DNA of 32,000 bases from Rhodobacter capsulatus SB 1003 (GCF_000021865.1 NC_014034.1:3480001-3512000), one strand, 5' to 3'; counted from the first letter of the stretch, positions 16,501-22,875 are shown. Numbers and translations: made by a program. Notes: generated by a model from the sequence alone, not told the origin.

Positions 16501-17366
16501 CGGCTTTTCTGCGCATCGGCGAGCGCCTCGGACAGGCGGCGTTCGATCGCCTTCGCCTCGTCGATGCGGGTGAAGCCGCCGCTGACGATGAAGGGCAGGC
16601 CCCGGTCCGACCGGTCGATCTTGCGCGCGACAGTGCGATACCAGTGATGGCTGCCGTCCTTGTGGCGCAGCCGGTGATCGGCGGTGAAAACCGTGGTCCG
16701 GTCGCAGATCAGATCCTGCATCCGGGCCATCGCCGCCTCCAGATCGTCGGGATGGAACAGGCTGCGCCAGCCGATCTCGTCGGGGATGAAATCGCCGGGC
16801 GCATAGCCCAGCTGGCGATAGCATTCGTCGGGCATCCAGGCCTCGCCCAGCTCGGCGCAGATCGACCAGACCCCGGTTTCGCCGCAGATCAGCGCCGTCG
16901 TCAGCGCATCGGTGGTGGCCTGCGCGGCGATGCGGGCGGCCTGGGCCTCGGCCAGGGCTTCGGCAAGCCGCGTTTCCTGGGCCGTCTCCTGCATCTGGCA
17001 CTCGCCGCCCCCGGGCAGGGCCACCGGCGCCGCGATCTGCACCAGCCAGACGCGGGCGGCATCGCCCGGATCCAGCGGCCAGATCGTCACCTCGGCCTGC
17101 CGCGCCGCCGCCGCGTCCGGATCGATCACGAAGCGCTGCGAGAGCCCCGCCCCGTCACCGTCTGAAGCGGTGACGATCCGGGCGATGCGGTGTCCCAGCT
17201 CCCCGGGCAGCACCCTGTCCACCGCGGCCCCGACAGCCTGCGCGGTGCCAAGGCTGCGATCCGCCGCGGCATTGGCCCAAAGCAGCCGGGCCGTGCCGGA
17301 CACGGCCAGCGCCGCGCCGGGAAACCCTTCGAGCACGCGGCGCAACTGCGCCAGATCACCAGACAT
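13512..17366 (-). CDS. Multi-PAS diguanylate cyclase / phosphodiesterase (PAS x about 6, GGDEF, EAL)
   Basis: 1284-aa track ORF. The GGDEF motif is at nt 14547-14561 and is preceded by the RxxD I-site (RGGD-FAARI-GGDEF). EAL-domain blocks are present: VETLLRW (nt 14169-14177), DDFGSGHASI, KIDQRIV, EGVET, QGYLFS. Repeated PAS modules lie upstream. The 1255-aa plus-strand ORF 13398..17165 is its antisense shadow. Confidence 0.9.
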   Translation of the reverse strand: MSGDLAQLRRVLEGFPGAALAVSGTARLLWANAAADRSLGTAQAVGAAVDRVLPGELGHRIARIVTASDGDGAGLSQRFVIDPDAAAARQAEVTIWPLDPGDAARVWLVQIAAPVALPGGGECQMQETAQETRLAEALAEAQAARIAAQATTDALTTALICGETGVWSICAELGEAWMPDECYRQLGYAPGDFIPDEIGWRSLFHPDDLEAAMARMQDLICDRTTVFTADHRLRHKDGSHHWYRTVARKIDRSDRGLPFIVSGGFTRIDEAKAIERRLSEALADAQKSRAKAEERGELLRTSALCAGIGSFSVCPDLGQGWTPDETYRLFGHAPGAFASTDAGWRSQIHPEDLASAVTEMEKLKSGASDLYVHEHRCRHADGSYHWYRAIARRVDRSDKGLPYLLAGVIICIDQSRENERRLAEAADRAQQARDRLDTLADNAPGALFEYRRNADGSIDMPYFSAKLPMMVGVAPEAIVADGVNVFTHMPQDMMPGIFGWIEESRAQGTPFEHRLPVDHPDRGRIWLTVSALPCNQPDGATLWFGNVFDITEQMRMTREAERSAEAVRRAHDRMVTMAENAPGAIFEWQRDSSGHFSFAFFSAALPELLGLSGEALKADGAAVFTRILPEDIPSVQAAVTHSVETLTRFEILHRIGHPQRGLRWLHVSASPFLQDNGTIVWYGNAMDVTEQIEAKRREEQAAREMHQAHERLASIASIAPVGLYEFRRFPDGSASFPYASPYLEDLLGIEFGLFSQAIAVEDLFANVQFDELPDFLTGQGAGPGMLDLWNQRFRVRHPRRGDIWLANSATSKPQPDGSVVWTGALHDVTADVAREAELRRAHRLAEEMRAENERQALHDGLTGLPNRRSYDNVLARRIADAAAAGPRDCLLIRVDLDHFKHVNDTLGHEAGDMVLQRVADVLRAELRGGDFAARIGGDEFSIILAPGQSGGHAREVVERMQARLAEPLWFDGRQCRFGASFGIAETEDIAAMGTEIQLFADAALYRAKEGGRNRMEFFTPELHQNILFDRKLAGEIQEGLDRGEFVPFFQSQICARTGRLTGVETLLRWRHPERGLLVPDAFMHVAVQLRLVSEIDRVMMEKSAAALTSWRARGLIVPKISFNVSSGRMHDPDVVRAARAIAEGETKVTFELLESILVEEESEVFRFHLDALRDAGIEIEIDDFGSGHASIIGLMQIAPSALKIDQRIVAPVARDPRSKNLVRAIVEIAETLGIATVAEGVETWAQAEILRDLGCDVLQGYLFSMPQSAEDFMRICTQEVVRRA

Positions 17367-17439
17367 GGAAGCCTCGTCGAAACCGGACCAGACCCCAGTT
17401 TTGCGGGCAAATCCTTAAAGATACACTTCAAAGACATCG

Positions 17440-17463
17440 AAAACGGGCAGATTGCCCGCTTTT
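17440..17463 (-). terminator. Rho-independent terminator after dapE-GNAT (structure is bidirectional)
   Basis: The minus-strand RNA AAAAG-CGGGCA-auc-UGCCCG-UUUU has a 6-bp stem (7 bp with a G-U pair) followed by a U-tract, 17 nt after the GNAT stop. The plus strand also shows a stem followed by CTTTT. Confidence 0.5.
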
Positions 17464-17479
17464 GCGCCAAAATCCCGGA

Positions 17480-17899
17480 TCAGGGCGCCAGCGCGCGGGC
17501 CATCCATCGATGCGGGATGCCCGCATCGTCATAGACCGGACCGAAAGCGGCAAAGCCGAGCCCCGCGTAAAAGGGCATCGCCTGCAGCTGCGCGCCCAGC
17601 TCGACCCGGGTGCAGCCCAGCGCCTGCAGCCGGTCGCAACCCGCCGCGATCAGCGCCTTGCCCAGCCCGGTGCCCCGCGCGCTCCGCACCACGCAGACCC
17701 GGCCGATCTTGCCGGTCTCGCCCGCCACGAAGAGCCGCGCCGTGCCCAGCGCGGCCGCGCCCTCCAGCGCCAGCAGATGCACCGCCTGCCCGTCCAGATC
17801 GTCCCATTCCTCGGCCTCGGGCACGCCCTGTTCCTCGATGAAGACGGCGCGGCGCAGCGCATGCACCGCAGTCAGATCGGTGGTCTCGACGATCCTCAT
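17480..17899 (-). CDS. GNAT-family N-acetyltransferase
   Basis: 139-aa track ORF whose ATG overlaps the dapE stop (ATGA). It carries the acetyl-CoA-binding block [18 protein letters not shown] and ends ..FYAGLGF... Confidence 0.85.
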   Translation of the reverse strand: MRIVETTDLTAVHALRRAVFIEEQGVPEAEEWDDLDGQAVHLLALEGAAALGTARLFVAGETGKIGRVCVVRSARGTGLGKALIAAGCDRLQALGCTRVELGAQLQAMPFYAGLGFAAFGPVYDDAGIPHRWMARALAP

Positions 17900-19035
17900 G
17901 CGAAGAAATCGCGCAGGCAGCGGGCATAGATCGCCTTCAGCCGGGTGATCTGCGCCACTTCGATGCGTTCATCGACCTGATGCATGGTCTTGCCGACCAG
18001 ACCGAATTCCAGCACCGGGCAGTGATCCTTGACGAAACGCGCATCCGAGGTGCCGCCCGAGGTGGAGAGCACCGGCACCACCCCGGTTTCCGACACGACA
18101 GCCCGGCTGACCAGTTCGACGAAATCGCCGGGGGGGGTCAGGAAGCTTTCGCCCGAAACCTCGGTGCACAGGCTGACGCGGGTGCCGGTCTCCGCCTCGA
18201 TTTCCGCAATCAGCCCGCGGGCCCAGTCTTCGATCTTTGCCGAGGAATGGGCGTCGTTGAAGCGGATGTTCACCGTCGCCCGCGCCTTCGCCGGGATCAC
18301 GTTGTTGGCCGGGTTGCCGCAATCGATCGTGGTGATCTGCAGCGTCGAGGGTTCGAAATGCTCGGTGCCGCGATCAAGCGGTTCCGCCGTCATCCGGCCC
18401 AGCAGTTCGACCAACGCATGCAGCGGGTTTTTCGCCCGGTGCGGATAGGCGGAATGGCCCTGCACCCCCTCGACCTCGAGGTAAAAGGTCATCGAGCCGC
18501 GGCGGCCGATCTTCATCATGTCTCCCAAGGTCTCGGGACAGGTCGGTTCGCCCACCAGACAGACCGACATCGCCTCGCCCTCGGCCTTCATCCAGTCGAG
18601 CAGCGCCAGGGCGCCATCCTTGCCCGGGCCTTCCTCGTCGCCGGTGATCGTCAGGATGATCGCGCCCTCGGGCGGGGTGGTGGTGACGAAATCGACGGCG
18701 GCGGCGACAAAGGCCGCCACGCCCGATTTCATGTCGGTGGCGCCGCGGCCCCACAGCACGCCCTCGATCACCGCGCCGGAAAACGGCTCCTGCGTCCAGG
18801 CGGCCGCATCGCCCACCGGCACGACATCGGTGTGACCGTTGAAACCGAAGGTCTTCGCCCCCTTCGCCCCCCAGCGCGCGAAAAGATTGGGCGTGCCGTT
18901 GCGGTCGACCCGGGTGCAGGCGAAACCGGCCGCCGAGAGCACCCGTTCCAAAAGCACCAGCGCGCCGCCTTCGACGGGCGTGACCGAGGGGCAGCGGATC
19001 AGATCGGCAGTCAGTTGAACGGGGTCGAGGGTCAT
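17896..19035 (-). CDS. dapE: Succinyl-diaminopimelate desuccinylase (M20 peptidase)
   Basis: 379-aa track ORF with an [51 protein letters not shown].. is the typical DapE sequence. Confidence 0.9.
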   Translation of the reverse strand: MTLDPVQLTADLIRCPSVTPVEGGALVLLERVLSAAGFACTRVDRNGTPNLFARWGAKGAKTFGFNGHTDVVPVGDAAAWTQEPFSGAVIEGVLWGRGATDMKSGVAAFVAAAVDFVTTTPPEGAIILTITGDEEGPGKDGALALLDWMKAEGEAMSVCLVGEPTCPETLGDMMKIGRRGSMTFYLEVEGVQGHSAYPHRAKNPLHALVELLGRMTAEPLDRGTEHFEPSTLQITTIDCGNPANNVIPAKARATVNIRFNDAHSSAKIEDWARGLIAEIEAETGTRVSLCTEVSGESFLTPPGDFVELVSRAVVSETGVVPVLSTSGGTSDARFVKDHCPVLEFGLVGKTMHQVDERIEVAQITRLKAIYARCLRDFFA

Positions 19036-19176
19036 CGGTTGCTCCTGTGCGATGCCTTGGCTTAGCCCCGCTTTCCCCCCCGCGCAACAACCGCTGTTGC
19101 CCCCGGGTCACCCCGGCGCCGATCCCCCGGCATCACGGAAATTTTCGTTTCCAAGGGGGCTAAAGCTGACTTACGG

Positions 19177-19190
19177 TTGAACAAAATCAA
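19177..19190. promoter_or_regulatory. FNR/FixK/CRP-family binding box (TTGA-N6-TCAA)
   Basis: TTGAA-CAAA-ATCAA matches 9 of 10 positions of TTGAT-N4-ATCAA and is a perfect TTGA-N6-TCAA. It lies in the 278-bp divergent region between dapE (start 19035) and the first Hint gene (start 19314). Confidence 0.45.
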
Positions 19191-19313
19191 GACGACCCGA
19201 GGCAGGGCATACGAGCAGGGCAGAATCGCCCACCCCCACTGCGGCCGGATGGCCGGAACGGACGGGATTTCCCGGCTCGGTGATGTTTTGCCCGCAGGCA
19301 AGTGGGGCAAGAG

Positions 19314-19931
19314 ATGGCATTTGGCAGAGTTCTGGGACTGGATCCCTCGGCAGCGGCGGCGCAGATCGCGAAATCGATCTTTGGCGCGCGGGAAGTGGCG
19401 GTCGCGGCCCCGAACCTGCTGGAAGGCTTCGCCGCCGGAACCCGGGTCCGAACCCCGGCCGGGCTGCGCCGGATCGAGACGCTGAAACCCGGGGATCTGG
19501 TCGAGACGCAGGAGGCCGGGCCGCAACCCGTGGTCGCCGTCGAACGGACCCGCCTGCCCGCGCTGCGGTTGCAGGCGCCGATACGCTTTGCCGCGGGCGC
19601 GCATGGCGCCGAGCGTCCGGTGCTGGTGGCGCCGCAACAGCGCGTGCTGGTGCGCGATCCGGTGCTGGAGCTGCTTTTCGGCGAGGCCGAGGTTCTGGTC
19701 GCCGCTCGCACGCTGGTCGATGGCGAGATGGTCTCGCGCCATCCCGGCGGGATGGTCGATTATGTCCGGCTCGTCTTCGATTGCGCCCACATGGTCTTTG
19801 CCGAGGGTCTGGCGGTGGAATGTTTCCGCCCCGGTCCGCGCCCGATCCCGGGCGAGGCCGCGCCCGAAGCCGGGGCCCCGCGGATGCTGCGGCTGCAGGA
19901 ATCGCAGATGATGCGCAAGCTGGTGATCTGA
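19314..19931 (+). CDS. Hint (Hedgehog/intein-like, Hint_2-type) domain protein, short form lacking the N-terminal Cys
   Basis: In frame with track ORF 19302..19931, with ATG at 19314, giving 205 aa. ..EGFAAGTRVRTPAGLRRIETLKPGDLVETQEAGPQPVVAV..VLVAPQQRVLV..EVLVAARTLVDG..FAEGLAVECF follows the bacterial Hint_2 pattern (CFxxGTxIxTxxG..GDxVxTxDxGxQP..SPxHR..). It is also clearly paralogous to the C-terminal half of the next gene. Confidence 0.75.
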   Translation: MAFGRVLGLDPSAAAAQIAKSIFGAREVAVAAPNLLEGFAAGTRVRTPAGLRRIETLKPGDLVETQEAGPQPVVAVERTRLPALRLQAPIRFAAGAHGAERPVLVAPQQRVLVRDPVLELLFGEAEVLVAARTLVDGEMVSRHPGGMVDYVRLVFDCAHMVFAEGLAVECFRPGPRPIPGEAAPEAGAPRMLRLQESQMMRKLVI

Positions 19932-19938
19932 GGGGGCG

Positions 19939-21039
19939 ATGATGCTGGAACATGGCTGGTTTGCGGCGCATCTGACCGGGCATGGCCCGGTGCGGCTGTC
20001 GGATCGCGCCCTGCCCGCGGTGCTGGGCCGGGGCAGTCTGATGCTGGATTTCGCGCTGATGCCGGGCGAGACCGGGCCCCTGCCGCTTTTGCATCTGGGC
20101 GATCAGAGCGGCTGGACCTGGTTCCTGTCGATCTCGCTTGACGCACAGGGCGTGCTGACGCTGGTGCAGCGGCAGGGCGCGGCGGTGCAGGCGCTGACGC
20201 TGGACATCGCGCAGGATTGCGCCGCGGGCGGGCGGATGCGGCTGACCTTCAGCTGGGATTGCAGGACTGACGAGACCCGGCTGACGCTGGAGACGATCGA
20301 CGGCGGGCAGATCCGCCAGCGCGTCGGCACCGGGGCGATGCCACTCTCGCGCGCCGAACTGGCCGCGCTGGCCAAGGGCCGCAGCCCGGCACAGATCGGC
20401 CCGCGCGTCGAATGGCTGGCCTTCGGCAGCCAGATGCAGCCGGTCGGCCCGGGCGCCTGTTTCGCGCCCTCGACGCCCATCGCCACGCCCGGGGGGGACT
20501 GCCCCGCCGCCAGTCTGAAGGCGGGCGATCTGGTGCTGACCGCCGATGCCGGGCCGCAGCCGATCTTGTGGTCGGGGCGGATCGCCCTGCCTGCGCTTGG
20601 CAGCCTGCGGCCGGTGCGGCTTTGCGCCCCCGCCTTTGGCGCCACCCGCGATCTGTGGGTCCTGCCGCAGCACCGCGTGGCGCTGCGCGGCGCCGCCGTC
20701 ACGGATCTGTTCGCCGAGGAAGAGGTTCTGGTTCCCGCGCATCATCTGGTGGACGGGATCAGCGCACAGCAACCCGACCGGCCCTGCGTGCTGAGCTGGC
20801 ACGGGCTGCTGTTGCAGGGGCACCATCTGCTGATCGCCGACGGCTGCCGTGTGGAAAGCCTGAACATCGGCCGTCTGGCCCGCACCCCCGCGCTGGCGAA
20901 GACCACCGCGCTTTCGGGGCTGGTGGCGCGGATGGATCTGCCGGTGCATGGCGTTCCGGCCCGTCGCGGGCTGACGCCCGAGGAGGCGCTGGCGCTGGCG
21001 GCCGAGCGGCGGCGGCGGCGCGGCCCGGTGGCAGCCTGA
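19939..21039 (+). CDS. Hint-domain protein with an unknown beta-rich N-terminal domain of about 170 aa
   Basis: 366-aa track ORF with a GGGGG RBS, starting 8 nt after the upstream stop. The Hint module begins at Cys174 (tgt, nt 20458-20460): ACFAPSTPIATPGGDCPAASLKAGDLVLTADAGPQPILWSG..LWVLPQHRVAL..EVLVPAHHLVDG..IADGCRVESL. I recognise no family for the N-terminal 173 aa. There is no signal peptide. Confidence 0.8.
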   Translation: MMLEHGWFAAHLTGHGPVRLSDRALPAVLGRGSLMLDFALMPGETGPLPLLHLGDQSGWTWFLSISLDAQGVLTLVQRQGAAVQALTLDIAQDCAAGGRMRLTFSWDCRTDETRLTLETIDGGQIRQRVGTGAMPLSRAELAALAKGRSPAQIGPRVEWLAFGSQMQPVGPGACFAPSTPIATPGGDCPAASLKAGDLVLTADAGPQPILWSGRIALPALGSLRPVRLCAPAFGATRDLWVLPQHRVALRGAAVTDLFAEEEVLVPAHHLVDGISAQQPDRPCVLSWHGLLLQGHHLLIADGCRVESLNIGRLARTPALAKTTALSGLVARMDLPVHGVPARRGLTPEEALALAAERRRRRGPVAA

Positions 21040-21098
21040 CTGGGGCAGCCTGATCGGGGCGGCCGAAGGAGAAATTTTCCGTCACGACACATTCGGTC

Positions 21099-21127
21099 TT
21101 GTCGCGCATCAATCGCGAATTATTATT
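21099..21127 (+). promoter_or_regulatory. sigma-70-like promoter candidate in an AT-rich patch (TTGTCG-N17-ATTATT)
   Basis: The -35 TTGTCG is at 21099-21104, followed by a 17-nt spacer and the -10 ATTATT at 21122-21127. It lies about 75 nt upstream of the ATG at 21203. This is the only AT-rich stretch in that intergenic region. Pattern match only. Confidence 0.3.
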
Positions 21128-21202
21128 GCGCTGCGGTTGCGAAATGCCTAAGCAGGCTGCAACTGCAGAAAACCGCCGAATCCCGGCGTCGATGGGGCTG
21201 AC

Positions 21203-22846
21203 ATGACCGATACGATCCTCCTTGCCGACCTGCTTGCGCTGACCGAAGCCACCCTTCCCGAGATTGCGCAACTGACCGCCGATGCGACCGCGGCGCTGAA
21301 AACCAAGGTCAGCCGCGGTGGCAAGGTGTCGAATGCCGCGCTGGAGGAAGACCAGTTCACCGCCCATGCGCTTGCCTGGCTGGCGACTTACAACCAGTCG
21401 CTGATCCAGCTGCGCGGCTGGGCCGGGCGGGTGGCCGAGGCGGGGGCGTTCGGGCAAATGGAAAGCCTGATCCTGCAGATCGGCTTTGGCGAATATCTGA
21501 ACCAGATCGCCGGCGGCATTCCGATGAGCCAGATCGAAGTGGCGCGTCTGTCCGATCTGGGAGTCTGCTGGACGCCGTCCGAGGCCGCCCGCAAACTGAT
21601 GGCGCGGGGCAACACCGATGCGGCGCGGATGGCGCTGGTGGCGCTGATGCAGGACAATCAGGGCCGGGCGCTGTTCGGCGCCTCGGGGCTGGATGACGAG
21701 CTGGAGATGATCCGCGACCAGTTCCACCGCTATGCCGAGGAACGGGTGATCCCGAACGCCCATGACTGGCACCTGAAAGACGAGTTGATCCCGATGGAGA
21801 TCATCGAGGAACTGGCAGAACTGGGCGTCTTCGGCCTGACCATCCCCGAGGAATACGGCGGGCTCGGCCTGTCCAAGGCCTCGATGGTCGTTGTGACCGA
21901 GGAACTCTCGCGCGGTTATATCGGCGTCGGCAGCCTTGGCACGCGCTCGGAAATCGCCGCGGAACTGATCCTCTGCGGCGGCACCGAAGAACAGAAACAG
22001 AAGTGGCTGCCGGGCCTTGCCTCGGGGGAAATCCTGTCCACCGCGGTCTTCACCGAACCGAACACCGGCTCGGACCTGGGCAGCCTGCGCACCCGCGCGG
22101 TCAAGGATGGCGATGATTGGGTGATCACCGGCAACAAGACCTGGATCACCCATGCGCAGCGCACCCATGTGATGACGCTTCTGGCCCGGACCGAGCCCGA
22201 CACCACCGACTGGCGCGGGCTTTCCATGTTCCTTGCCGAAAAGACCCCGGGCACCGACGAAAACCCCTTCCCCACCCCCGGCATGACCGGCGGCGAGATC
22301 GAGGTTCTGGGCTATCGCGGCATGAAGGAATACGAGCTGGGCTTTGACGGCTTCCGGGTCAAGGGCGAGAACCTTCTGGGCGGCGAGACCGGCCGGGGCT
22401 TCAAGCAGCTGATGGAAACCTTTGAATCGGCGCGGATTCAGACCGCGGCGCGGGCCGTCGGCGTGGCGCAGGCCGCCTGCGAGATCGGCATGCGCTATGC
22501 GATCGACCGCAAGCAATTCGGCAAGTCGCTGATCGAATTCCCCCGCGTCGGCGGCAAGCTTGCGATGATGGCGGTCGAAATCATGATCGCGCGGCAGCTG
22601 ACCTATTTCTCGGCCTGGGAAAAGGATCACGGCCACCGCTGCGACGTCGAAGCCGGGATGGCGAAGCTGCTGGGCGCCCGTGTCGCCTGGGCGGCGGCGG
22701 ACAATGCGCTGCAGATCCACGGCGGCAACGGCTTTGCGCTCGAATATGCGATCTCGCGCATTCTGTGTGACGCCCGGATCCTCAACATCTTCGAGGGCGC
22801 GGCGGAAATTCAGGCGCAGGTGATTGCCCGGCGTCTGCTGGGTTGA
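21203..22846 (+). CDS. mcd: Acyl-CoA dehydrogenase with a long N-terminal extension, probably (2S)-methylsuccinyl-CoA dehydrogenase of the ethylmalonyl-CoA pathway
   Basis: 547-aa track ORF. The ACAD core starts near residue 170 (..ELEMIRDQFHRYAEERVIPNAHDWH..GVFGLTIPEEYGGLGL..FTEPNTGSDL..WITHA..IHGGNGFALEY..RILNIFEGAAEIQ). It is preceded by an extension of about 170 aa, as in Rhodobacter Mcd. I am very confident this is a CDS. The specific substrate assignment is about 0.6. Confidence 0.75.
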   Translation: MTDTILLADLLALTEATLPEIAQLTADATAALKTKVSRGGKVSNAALEEDQFTAHALAWLATYNQSLIQLRGWAGRVAEAGAFGQMESLILQIGFGEYLNQIAGGIPMSQIEVARLSDLGVCWTPSEAARKLMARGNTDAARMALVALMQDNQGRALFGASGLDDELEMIRDQFHRYAEERVIPNAHDWHLKDELIPMEIIEELAELGVFGLTIPEEYGGLGLSKASMVVVTEELSRGYIGVGSLGTRSEIAAELILCGGTEEQKQKWLPGLASGEILSTAVFTEPNTGSDLGSLRTRAVKDGDDWVITGNKTWITHAQRTHVMTLLARTEPDTTDWRGLSMFLAEKTPGTDENPFPTPGMTGGEIEVLGYRGMKEYELGFDGFRVKGENLLGGETGRGFKQLMETFESARIQTAARAVGVAQAACEIGMRYAIDRKQFGKSLIEFPRVGGKLAMMAVEIMIARQLTYFSAWEKDHGHRCDVEAGMAKLLGARVAWAAADNALQIHGGNGFALEYAISRILCDARILNIFEGAAEIQAQVIARRLLG

Positions 22847-22853
22847 CCTGAAC

Positions 22854-22875
22854 CGGGGCCTTCGGGCCCCGTTTT
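22854..22875 (+). terminator. Rho-independent terminator after the ACAD gene
   Basis: CGGGGCC-ttcg-GGCCCCG forms a 7-bp GC stem with a TTCG tetraloop, followed by TTTTC. It starts 8 nt after the stop codon (22844-22846). Confidence 0.7.

Noticed and set aside
13398-17165. 1255-aa plus-strand ORF, the longest plus-strand ORF in this stretch of the track
   Set aside because: It lies exactly antisense to the PAS-GGDEF-EAL gene. The translation is Arg/Gly/Pro/Asp-rich with no recognisable motif, whereas the minus strand reads clean PAS, GGDEF and EAL blocks. This is the typical mirror ORF of a high-GC genome.
19177-19485. 102-aa plus-strand ORF starting at the TTG of the FNR-type box
   Set aside because: It has no RBS, the product is Arg/Trp/Gly-rich, it is out of frame with the recognisable Hint gene and overlaps it. 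The TTG is better explained as part of the TTGA-N6-TCAA site.
21099-21112. Second FNR-like element, TTGTC-GCGC-ATCAA, upstream of the mcd-like gene
   Set aside because: It matches only 8 of 10 positions. Its centre would lie about 28 nt upstream of the TSS implied by the adjacent ATTATT -10 element, which is not a workable FNR class I or II position. It is more simply read as the -35 hexamer.
19171-22720. Minus-strand ORFs 19171..20949 (592 aa) and 20759..22720 (653 aa)
   Set aside because: They are antisense to the Hint genes and the ACAD gene. The sequences are Arg/Pro/Gly/Gln-rich with no domains, while the plus-strand products show family motifs and proper RBSs.
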